From IMG/VR virus record IMGVR_UViG_3300016665_000118, positions 1 through 32,633 of that record: a stretch of 32,633 nt of DNA. The stretch is one strand, 5' to 3'. The first letter of the stretch is position 1. Each line of letters starts with the position of its first letter. The stretch comes from a virus. Its lineage: Duplodnaviria; Caudoviricetes. Below the pieces are notes generated by a model. The model had not been told where the DNA came from. It saw only the letters and a list, made by a program, of their open reading frames with translations, and did not search any database. Position numbers and translations under genes: made by a program. Of the stretch, positions 17,536-25,294 are shown in pieces.

Positions 17536-17871
17536 ATGAAACAAACTAACCAATCACTCGTTGAAGCCATCAAAGAGATGGCACAGCACACCATCAACAC
17601 ACAGCGTGACCCTTTTGCAGTTATCGACTGCCCGCTACAGATTCAGGTATCCAGCGACCATAGCGAGATTCATATGACCAAGGGTGAGCTACACTTGATG
17701 GTAGCCCTCAATGGCGATGATGCTGGTATCTATGACTGCAACTCCATGGGCTATGCCGTCCAGAATCCTTACTGGATTGGTTCACTGAGGCCAGCTGATG
17801 TGATTGCAGACATCTGGGCAGTAGCCTACGAAATTGACAAGATGATGTCAGTACAGGTGCAGTTGGTATGA
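17536..17871 (+). CDS. Hypothetical protein
   Basis: GGGAG RBS; ATGA overlap with the next gene. Confidence 0.7.
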   Translation: MKQTNQSLVEAIKEMAQHTINTQRDPFAVIDCPLQIQVSSDHSEIHMTKGELHLMVALNGDDAGIYDCNSMGYAVQNPYWIGSLRPADVIADIWAVAYEIDKMMSVQVQLV

Positions 17872-18104
17872 ACGAACACTACCGAACAACACAGATACAA
17901 GCCATCGATGTTATTCAGGATTGGGGTTTAAACTTTGCCTTAGGTAACGTTGTTAAGTATCTGCAACGTTGCCCTCATAAAGGCAAGTCGCGTGAAGATG
18001 CCATTAAGGCTCTCTGGTATTTAGCATTTGAAGTAACGGGCGATGGCAAATACGCAGATCGAGTAATCAAAGAAGTGGATGAAATAAATGCCACGACCAA
18101 GTGA
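17868..18104 (+). CDS. DUF3310-family protein
   Basis: HY..IQAIDVI..LNFALGNVVKYL.R..K..EDAIKALWYL. Confidence 0.85.
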   Translation: MNEHYRTTQIQAIDVIQDWGLNFALGNVVKYLQRCPHKGKSREDAIKALWYLAFEVTGDGKYADRVIKEVDEINATTK

Positions 18105-18498
18105 GAGCGTTGCCTATGGCATCGCAAAACGAAAGTTATTGCTGGAACGCTGGGATGAGCTGGTAGCAATGGGGATGCCACAAGCGCAGGCATCCAAAGA
18201 GATTGGTTACAACTACTCCACGGTAAAGGTTTGGCTTGCTAACCGACAGGTTGAGCAGTTGAAAGAAGAAGATGCCAAGCGACTAACAATGGCTGGTGGT
18301 TCCTTCTCGGCTGCCCTTGAACGCCTGAGAGCGGGACAGGCGGTAAGGCGGCACGGAGCTTCTTGGTTCCTTGAGTTGGTTGATGGCAAGATATGCCTGT
18401 ATCTGATTGATGGTGCAGGTAATCGCAGGTACAGCCGGGTGGCATCATTCGGATCCGCTGATGTACTTGCTACCGACTGGGAGATATACCAACCATGA
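18088..18498 (+). CDS. HTH domain fused to a DUF2829/Tad2-like domain
   Basis: GMPQAQASKEIGYNYSTVKVWL, then SFSAALERLRAGQAVRR...DVLATDWEI. Confidence 0.65.
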   Translation: MPRPSESVAYGIAKRKLLLERWDELVAMGMPQAQASKEIGYNYSTVKVWLANRQVEQLKEEDAKRLTMAGGSFSAALERLRAGQAVRRHGASWFLELVDGKICLYLIDGAGNRRYSRVASFGSADVLATDWEIYQP

Positions 18499-18769
18499 CA
18501 GGATTAGAAGCATTCATAGCTTGCACAGAAGGTCAACGAGTTAGAAGAACTAAATGGCAAACCGGTATTTATTGCGTGGCTGCTGCATCTTCAAACTATC
18601 ACCGCATCAGGATTGCACTTGACAAAATTAGTTTTTCATTCATCTTGACTCATGATCATGAAGACTTCGATTCCTGCTTTGATAAAGAGACAGGCAGGCC
18701 TACACAACTTTGCCAAGTAAATGCAGGAGACTTTATGTATAACGACTGGGAGATATACCAACCATGACA
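18474..18769 (+). repeat. 27-bp exact direct repeat flanking one gene
   Basis: CGACTGGGAGATATACCAACCATGACA at 18474-18500 and 18743-18769. Confidence 0.95.
18495..18767 (+). CDS. DUF2829/Tad2-like protein
   Basis: MTGLEA....EGQRVRRTKW...DFMYNDWEI. Confidence 0.6.
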   Translation: MTGLEAFIACTEGQRVRRTKWQTGIYCVAAASSNYHRIRIALDKISFSFILTHDHEDFDSCFDKETGRPTQLCQVNAGDFMYNDWEIYQP

Positions 18770-19150
18770 TTTGCCAATGTTCTGTTTACTCATTACTTGG
18801 CTGACTTTGTTCATCAGTCTCGTGAGATTGCCACGACGAAGTCAAGTAATAACATCGCACTCCTTACGCACGTTGGCATTTACGGCAGCGTGTTTGCAAT
18901 CGCCTCAATTTTGGATATTACGGTCTTCAGTGTTTTATGGGATAACTGGAAAACCCCGTCGGTTGGGCGACACATTGCATTCATTATCATAAATGTCGTC
19001 CTGCACTTTGTAACCGACTATTTCACAAGCAGGGCAAGCACACAAGCTTATAAGGCTGGTGACCTTTATCGCTTCTGGTGCATCATTGGGTTTGACCAGA
19101 TGTTGCACACAACGACCTTGTACTACTTGTGGAAAGGGTTGATGGTATGA
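18764..19150 (+). CDS. DUF3307-family membrane protein
   Basis: HYLADFVHQ, HVGIY, HFVTD, GFDQMLH with hydrophobic helices. Confidence 0.8.
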   Translation: MTFANVLFTHYLADFVHQSREIATTKSSNNIALLTHVGIYGSVFAIASILDITVFSVLWDNWKTPSVGRHIAFIIINVVLHFVTDYFTSRASTQAYKAGDLYRFWCIIGFDQMLHTTTLYYLWKGLMV

Positions 19151-19776
19151 CAAAGCTTATCTGGATTACACCGGAAGCGGAGAAGGTCATCGGATACTGC
19201 GCAAGGGTAAGCAACCCAAAGAACCAAGATAACCCTGATGTTGCTAAGCTTCTGTCCTACTGCATCAAGCATGGGCACTGGTCTATCTTTGAGATGGCCA
19301 GTATGTGCGTTGGAATCAAAACAACCCGTGCTATTGCTCCGCAGATTCTTAGGCATCGGTCATTCTCTTTTCAAGAGTTTAGCCAAAGGTATGCACAGGT
19401 TCCTACAGAGCCTATTCTTGGCGATATGCGGCTTGCAGGTACAACCAACCGACAATCATCCCAACCATTGCCAGAATGGAAAGAGTTGGATGAAAACCTA
19501 CAGGATGCTATTGATCGGGCATCGCTTGCAGTAGAGGGTTCTTACTACGCTTACAACAGGCTAATCGATGCTGGCATTGCTGCGGAGACGGCAAGAATGG
19601 TGCTACCTCTTTGCACACCAACCACAATGTATATGTCTGGCACGATACGGTCTTGGATCCATTACGTGCAGCTACGAACGCAGGAAGACACACAACTAGA
19701 ACACAGACAGATTGTAGAGTCCATCAAGGCTTTGATGGTTGAGCATCTGCCAATAACGATGGGAGTAATAGGATGA
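19147..19776 (+). CDS. thyX: FAD-dependent thymidylate synthase
   Basis: CARVS, HGHWSIFE, QILRHRSFSFQEFSQRY, ARMVLP. Confidence 0.95.
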   Translation: MTKLIWITPEAEKVIGYCARVSNPKNQDNPDVAKLLSYCIKHGHWSIFEMASMCVGIKTTRAIAPQILRHRSFSFQEFSQRYAQVPTEPILGDMRLAGTTNRQSSQPLPEWKELDENLQDAIDRASLAVEGSYYAYNRLIDAGIAAETARMVLPLCTPTTMYMSGTIRSWIHYVQLRTQEDTQLEHRQIVESIKALMVEHLPITMGVIG

Positions 19777-20018
19777 AGTACAACCAGGCAATAGATGCAT
19801 TGCTTGCTGAGAAGCCAATACGGCGGGCTTTCTGGCCTGAAGGGCTACACTTTCGCTTTAGTGAACTTTGGGACACATTCAGCGTTGCAGAGGGTACAGA
19901 GGTAAAGGAAAACAATAGTGTTATCTGGCTTACTGCTGGTGACCTGTTCGCCGATGACTGGATGATCGGTAAGTACAACCCGATTACCGGGGAACCGATA
20001 TGGGAGGAATCCAAATGA
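19773..20018 (+). CDS. DUF2829/Tad2-like protein
   Basis: MKYNQAIDALLAEKPIRRAFW...WLTAGDLFADDWMI. Confidence 0.65.
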   Translation: MKYNQAIDALLAEKPIRRAFWPEGLHFRFSELWDTFSVAEGTEVKENNSVIWLTAGDLFADDWMIGKYNPITGEPIWEESK

Positions 20019-20221
20019 TACTTTTTGCACTCGGTGTCCTGCTTGGTGCTGGATGCTTGGCGGTATATAACGAGATGAACACACGTTGGCTATACAAAGA
20101 CGTGAAGCGCAGAGCGAAACAACAAGGCATCACAGACAATCAAATGAGGGATGCCCTAATCTGGGCAACCAAGGAAGAAATAGAGGCTAACCTAAATGGC
20201 AGCACAACCCGGAGCAGGTAG
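20015..20221 (+). CDS. Small membrane-anchored hypothetical protein
   Basis: GGAGG RBS, ATGA overlap, hydrophobic N-terminus. Confidence 0.6.
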   Translation: MILFALGVLLGAGCLAVYNEMNTRWLYKDVKRRAKQQGITDNQMRDALIWATKEEIEANLNGSTTRSR

Positions 20222-20561
20222 ACCCACCAAGTACACAGAACAGACTGTAAGCAAGCTTCTGGAGGCTCTGAGGAACGGTAACACTCGCAGGGCTTCCTGT
20301 GCTGTCGCAGGTATTGACCAAAGCACACTCGCTAACTGGCTCAAGGAATATTCAGATTTCTCCAAGGCTATAGAAAAAGCCGAGGGGGAAGCCGAGGCAA
20401 AGATGGTTTCTGTCATCAAGTTGGCATCTGATACCACATGGCAGGCGGCGGCATGGTGGCTTGAACGCAAGCACAAGGCAGAGTGGTCAAGCAGGGTAGA
20501 ACAGACAGGGGCAGATGGTAGCCCTGTCAAGGTAATCGTGGAGTACGCTGATAAGCCATGA
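20196..20561 (+). CDS. terS: Terminase small subunit
   Basis: GRPTKY, HTH, WQAAAWWLERK; upstream of TerL. Confidence 0.75.
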   Translation: MAAQPGAGRPTKYTEQTVSKLLEALRNGNTRRASCAVAGIDQSTLANWLKEYSDFSKAIEKAEGEAEAKMVSVIKLASDTTWQAAAWWLERKHKAEWSSRVEQTGADGSPVKVIVEYADKP

Positions 20562-20956
20562 CAGACATTAGGTTTCACGGAGTCAAGCCGACAAGGGCTA
20601 CAAAGCATTCTGCCGGATACGATCTACGCTCACAGCTTGACATCATAATTCCTGCTGGTGCTACCGTCGGCATTGACACAGGTACACTTGCCATCTTCCC
20701 GCCACATCTCTGCGCTATGGTCTGCTCTAGGTCTGGTCTTGCATTGCGTGGTCTTGCTGTTGCTAACGCTCCAGGAATCATCGATGCTGACTACGCAGAC
20801 ACCATCAAGGTGCTACTGCACAACCGTACCCAAGGTGATTGGGTGATTGAGAAGGGCGAGCGTATCGCACAGGTTGTCTTTGTTCAGTACTTCACCGGGG
20901 ATGATGTACCGCTAGAAGACCGTGTCGGCGGGTTAGGTAGTACTGGTATTGCCTGA
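20558..20956 (+). CDS. dut: Trimeric dUTPase
   Basis: SAGYDL, RSGLA, GIIDADY, GERIAQ, RVGGLGSTG. Confidence 0.95.
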   Translation: MTDIRFHGVKPTRATKHSAGYDLRSQLDIIIPAGATVGIDTGTLAIFPPHLCAMVCSRSGLALRGLAVANAPGIIDADYADTIKVLLHNRTQGDWVIEKGERIAQVVFVQYFTGDDVPLEDRVGGLGSTGIA

Positions 20957-22121
20957 TATTCGGCTGGTGCTGCCACGTCCTCACGATGCACAGCAGGTGA
21001 TACTACGGGAAGCCAAGCGGTACAACGTGCTGGCCTGTGGGAGACGCTTTGGTAAGACAACACTAGGCGGGAATCTGCTATCCGATCCGGTACTCAAAGA
21101 CGGTCTACCCTGCGCATGGTTTGCGCCTACCTACCGCCTGCTGGAGGAAGCGTACAACGATCACAAAAGGATTTACGCTCCCGTCATTAGGCGAGCTGTG
21201 CAGACACCTGCTCCACGCATTGAACTTATCACCGGTGCTGCGATTGACTACTGGACGCTTGATGACCCGTCAACCGTTGCCCGTGGTCGTAAGTACAAGC
21301 GTGTCATCATCGACGAGGCCGCAATGGCAAGACATCTGGAGCAAGCTTGGACGGAAGCAATCAGACCGACGCTCACCGATTACAAGGGCGATGCTTTCTT
21401 TCTTAGCACACCCAAGGGTTCAAACTACTTCAAAAGCCTACACGCCATGGCTGGTGTGGACCCTGACTGGATGGCGTGGCAGATGCCTACCACCGCTAAT
21501 CCGTGGATAGATCCTGAAGAAGTATCCAAGGCGGGAGAATCCTTGCCATCGATAGCCTTCAGGCAGGAGTATTTGGCGGAGTTCGTGGATGCAGCTGGAG
21601 CCAGAATCAAGCGGGAGTGGCTACGCTTTGGCGATGCTCCTGAAGGCTTGCCGGTCTACCTTGGTGTTGACCTTGCTATCTCGACAAAGGCGGAGGCAGA
21701 CTACACTGCCGTGGTTGCTCTGAGCCGTGCAGAGGATGGCACGATCTACGTGCTAGATGTCAACCGTACCCGTGCAGACTTTGCCAGCGTCCTGCGCTTC
21801 ATTGAAGCCATGGCCGATAAGTGGAAACCGACCATGATCGGCATCGAGCAGGTGCAGTATCAGGCGGCTGTTGTGCAAGAGCTCATGAGGCGGACGAAAC
21901 TGCCGATTCGGGGGATACGTCCAGACCGTGACAAGATAACCCGCTTTGGTCCTCTTGAAGCCCGGTACGAGCAAGGGCAGGTTGTACACGTTGAAGGGTT
22001 GCCACCTTACTGGCAGGATGAGTTGCTGTCCTTCCCGGTTGGTAGGCATGATGACGTTGTTGATGCTATGGCGTACGCTTGGCAGGTCATCGGACAGCGT
22101 AAGGGTTGGGGAGCAGTCTAA
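20949..22121 (+). CDS. terL: Terminase large subunit
   Basis: GRRFGKT, IIDEAA, STPKG, GVDLA and HDDVVDA motifs. Confidence 0.93.
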   Translation: MPDIRLVLPRPHDAQQVILREAKRYNVLACGRRFGKTTLGGNLLSDPVLKDGLPCAWFAPTYRLLEEAYNDHKRIYAPVIRRAVQTPAPRIELITGAAIDYWTLDDPSTVARGRKYKRVIIDEAAMARHLEQAWTEAIRPTLTDYKGDAFFLSTPKGSNYFKSLHAMAGVDPDWMAWQMPTTANPWIDPEEVSKAGESLPSIAFRQEYLAEFVDAAGARIKREWLRFGDAPEGLPVYLGVDLAISTKAEADYTAVVALSRAEDGTIYVLDVNRTRADFASVLRFIEAMADKWKPTMIGIEQVQYQAAVVQELMRRTKLPIRGIRPDRDKITRFGPLEARYEQGQVVHVEGLPPYWQDELLSFPVGRHDDVVDAMAYAWQVIGQRKGWGAV

Positions 22122-22139
22122 AAATATTCTCTTATATCC

Positions 22140-22168
22140 TTGCCGTATATATACTTAGAGTGTATATT
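22140..22168 (+). promoter_or_regulatory. Sigma70 promoter with operator-like palindrome (moron 2)
   Basis: TTGCCG-17-TATATT; 23 bp identical to 13898-13876. Confidence 0.75.
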
Positions 22169-22197
22169 ATTGACATCAAGCAGGGAGATAGAAAGAT

Positions 22198-22440
22198 ATG
22201 GAACTAAAGAATGCAAACGAAGAGATTTGCCAAGTGTTGGTAGAAGATGGCGTGATTGTTGATGAAGCACCGGTTGGTACTTGGCAATGTGCTGGTGAAT
22301 GGGCAGAGTCACTGATTAAGATGAACGCATTTGAAGATACCGGTTGGTATTACAAAGGATCTAGCGAAGATGGAAAGATTAAAACCTACATTATAAGTGG
22401 TGACGCATATCGCTACGAGATGTTAACGTTGGGCCTGTAA
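22198..22440 (+). CDS. Small acidic hypothetical protein (80 aa), moron 2
   Basis: Own promoter, GGGAG RBS and terminator, between terL and portal; visibly AT-richer. Confidence 0.75.
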   Translation: MELKNANEEICQVLVEDGVIVDEAPVGTWQCAGEWAESLIKMNAFEDTGWYYKGSSEDGKIKTYIISGDAYRYEMLTLGL

Positions 22441-22456
22441 ATTTCAGAACGACAAC

Positions 22457-22484
22457 GAGCCCCCTTTCGGGGGCTTTTTTGTTT
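22457..22484 (+). terminator. Intrinsic terminator
   Basis: AGCCCCC-TTTC-GGGGGCT-TTTTTGTTT. Confidence 0.88.
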
Positions 22485-22485
22485 C

Positions 22486-22496
22486 TGTGGGATACT
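22486..22496 (+). promoter_or_regulatory. Late promoter motif TGTGGGATACT (portal, leaderless)
   Basis: Exact 11-mer, 6 nt before ATG 22503. Confidence 0.7.
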
Positions 22497-22502
22497 AGGC
22501 AC

Positions 22503-24233
22503 ATGGGTATCTTTGACCGCTTCCTTGGTAATAAAGCCGTAGCAAACCCGACACAGGCACTACCGCTGCCATTGTCCCAGTCCCGTGACATCTACCTAAC
22601 CGGGTATGGCTCTGGTCAGCTGCAAACACTCTTGCGCCGTGCGCTTCCTGGCTCATCCAAAGACTGGGCACGAGTAGCAGGTGACCTAGGGCTAAATGGC
22701 ATCGTTGCATCTGCCATCGACTGGTACATCAGGAACTTTCCACAAGCCACGCCGAAGTACTACCGACCCGTAGATAGCCAGCAAGCCGAGCCTGTTGAAG
22801 ACCATCCGGTAATCGCTCTCATGGCACAACCTGATCCGATGGTTATGGGTAGCCTGTTCTGGGGCTGGGTTATTCAAGACTACAAGCTTTTCGGCAATAC
22901 TTACCTCCGCAAGATTCGATCTACAACCCGTGGTGTGGTTACTGCTTTGCAGTTCCTTCCGCAGGACATGGTGCGACCTGTCGGTAACGGTATCAACCCT
23001 TTGACGCATTATGTGTACACCACGGATGGTCGCTCTTTTGACATCCCTGTATCAGACATCATCCATATCCGGTACGGCAGAGACCCAAGCGATATCAGGC
23101 TTGGACGAAGCCCGGTAACGGCTGTACTGCGTGAGATTGCAACCGACAACACTGCATCCAGTACGGCCTATGGTTTGCTTGCAAACGGTGCTATGCCTAG
23201 CCTTATCGTAGGGCCTGATGCCAAAGACCAGACCGTAGACATCAGCATGGACGATGCACGGCAGGTCAAGCGACAACTGCATGAAGACCTAACCGGGGAT
23301 GGTTCTGGAGGCATCGTGGTTATGACCGGAGCCTACAAGATGGACAGGGTATCCTTGACCCCGTCTGAGCTTGCCTTGGATTCTGTCCGGCGTGTACCTG
23401 AGGAGCGTATCTGCTCTGCCCTTGGTATCAACCCAATGGTCTTGGGGCTTGGTGCTGGTCTTGAGCGTAGCACCTACAGCAACTACGAGCGAGCCCAGCA
23501 AGCAGCGTGGGAGGATGGCATGGTGCCGCTTCTGCGTGTTCTTGCTGATGCCGTTACCGCTGACCTCCTGCCAGAGTACCCAGAGACCCAAGAAGGTGAC
23601 TTTGTACAGTATGACCTTGAGCAGGTCAGGGCGTTGGCTGATGACCTAGCAGCAGAGGCAGACCGTGCCGAGAAACTGTACAAGGCGGGCATCATTGACC
23701 GTGCGGAAGCAAAGCGCATCGCAGGTCTTGAAGCCGTGCCAGAGGATGAAGGGCAGCTACACCCGCAAGCAATCCCGGTACAGACCACAGATGCTCCTGT
23801 CCCTGCGATCCGCTCATTCGAGATGAAGTACAGGCCGAATGCATCCATGAAGGAAGCGGCACAACGTGCGCTCGACTGGAAGGCTGAAGGCTTTGATGGT
23901 GGGACACGGGTAGGGCTTGCAAGGGCAAACCAGATTGTCAATGGTGAGCAACTTTCCGAAGACACCATCCTGCGGATGTACTCCTTCTTTTCACGGCATG
24001 AAGTCGATAAGCAGGCGGAAGGCTTCAACGCTGGTGAAGATGGCTTTCCATCTGCCGGGCGTGTAGCTTGGGACTTATGGGGCGGTGATGCTGGCTTCCG
24101 CTGGGCAACCGCAAAGCGCAACCAGATCATGGGTGATGAAGGCAAGAGCCTTGATTGTTGCACTCCGGGGGTAGTGTACAAGAGCCACCCTTTTTACGGG
24201 TACGAGCTGATGGAGGCTCATACAAGCGAGTAG
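22503..24233 (+). CDS. HK97-type portal protein with an extra C-terminal domain
   Basis: LFGNTY, DIIHIR..GRSP, NGAMPS, ICSALGINP..LG, TYSNYE motifs; after terL. Confidence 0.9.
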   Translation: MGIFDRFLGNKAVANPTQALPLPLSQSRDIYLTGYGSGQLQTLLRRALPGSSKDWARVAGDLGLNGIVASAIDWYIRNFPQATPKYYRPVDSQQAEPVEDHPVIALMAQPDPMVMGSLFWGWVIQDYKLFGNTYLRKIRSTTRGVVTALQFLPQDMVRPVGNGINPLTHYVYTTDGRSFDIPVSDIIHIRYGRDPSDIRLGRSPVTAVLREIATDNTASSTAYGLLANGAMPSLIVGPDAKDQTVDISMDDARQVKRQLHEDLTGDGSGGIVVMTGAYKMDRVSLTPSELALDSVRRVPEERICSALGINPMVLGLGAGLERSTYSNYERAQQAAWEDGMVPLLRVLADAVTADLLPEYPETQEGDFVQYDLEQVRALADDLAAEADRAEKLYKAGIIDRAEAKRIAGLEAVPEDEGQLHPQAIPVQTTDAPVPAIRSFEMKYRPNASMKEAAQRALDWKAEGFDGGTRVGLARANQIVNGEQLSEDTILRMYSFFSRHEVDKQAEGFNAGEDGFPSAGRVAWDLWGGDAGFRWATAKRNQIMGDEGKSLDCCTPGVVYKSHPFYGYELMEAHTSE

Positions 24234-25273
24234 ACGATGGTACAGGCAGAATCTATGCCGCCAGCCAGAAGTTCCGCAACGATTTACTGGAGCGTGAAGG
24301 CGTAGCCATATCCCGGATGCAACGAGCGTACAAAGCCGCTACCGCTGCATCTATCGCAGAACTTGAAGCACTAGAGGAACGCATCGCAGAGCGTGAGGCA
24401 AACGGGGAAGACCCATCAGACACTATCCTTTGGATGCGTCAGCGCATCATCGACAATATAGAAGAGTTAGGCAGGAACCTACAAGCGTTTGCAATCGAGG
24501 GGGCAACCATTACAGCAGATGGACAACTCGAATCAGCCATCCTTGCGAATGAGGCAAGCGTCGGCTTGGTTGAAACGGCGGCTGGTCGTAAACCGTCTAA
24601 CGTCTCCCTCGGCACAAGCTGGACAGCCTTGCCAGACGAACAGCTCCAAGCCTTTGTCGGTTTTTCGGGTGATGGAAGCCCTCTGGGTGTCCTATTTGAA
24701 ACCATACCGCAGGTGACTACGGATGCCATGCAGATGGCACTTGTACAAGGCATCAGCCTAGGTGAAGGGCCACGGACAGTAGCAAGGCGGGTAAGACGTG
24801 CAGCTGATATCGGTAGGCAACGAGCGGAGACAATAGCGCGTACCGAGATGATCCGAAGTGCCCGTGAAGCACAACGGCAACTGTATACGCAAAACCCGGC
24901 GGTGCAAGGATACAGACGGCAAGCGACCCAAGATAGCCGGGTATGTCTGGCGTGTTTGGCTTTGTCTGGCACACTGCAAGCAACAGATGAAATCATGCCA
25001 AGCCATCCTAACTGTAGATGCGTCATGGTTCCGGTAACGATGTCATGGGCAGAGATTACCGGGGATAGTAGCATCCCGGATACCAGACCAGTGGTAGCAA
25101 CACCTGAGCGCATCCTCGCTGGTTTATCTGAGTCTGACAAACTGGCCATCATGGGGCCTGCAAGATACCAGATGTACAAAGACGGCAAACCGCTTGCTGA
25201 TTTCGTGCAGGTAGTACCTAATCAGGATTGGGGGCCTAACACGCGTGTACGGCCTCTACGTGAGCTTATATAG
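24188..25273 (+). CDS. MuF / SPP1 gp7-like head morphogenesis protein (start uncertain; possibly entered by -1 frameshift from the portal)
   Basis: RAETIARTE, DSRVCLAC..L.G, HPNCRC; no convincing RBS plus start; slippery C CCT TTT at 24188-24194. Confidence 0.85.
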   Translation, partial: PFLRVRADGGSYKRVDDGTGRIYAASQKFRNDLLEREGVAISRMQRAYKAATAASIAELEALEERIAEREANGEDPSDTILWMRQRIIDNIEELGRNLQAFAIEGATITADGQLESAILANEASVGLVETAAGRKPSNVSLGTSWTALPDEQLQAFVGFSGDGSPLGVLFETIPQVTTDAMQMALVQGISLGEGPRTVARRVRRAADIGRQRAETIARTEMIRSAREAQRQLYTQNPAVQGYRRQATQDSRVCLACLALSGTLQATDEIMPSHPNCRCVMVPVTMSWAEITGDSSIPDTRPVVATPERILAGLSESDKLAIMGPARYQMYKDGKPLADFVQVVPNQDWGPNTRVRPLRELI

Positions 25274-25277
25274 GGTG

Positions 25278-25288
25278 TGTGGGATACT
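25278..25288 (+). promoter_or_regulatory. Late promoter motif TGTGGGATACT (protease/capsid, leaderless)
   Basis: Exact 11-mer, 6 nt before ATG 25295. Confidence 0.7.
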
Positions 25289-25294
25289 TACGCC

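Noticed and set aside
18474-18769. 27-bp repeats as a mini CRISPR array or att sites
   Set aside because: Only two copies 269 bp apart, both coding, with no cas or integrase gene.
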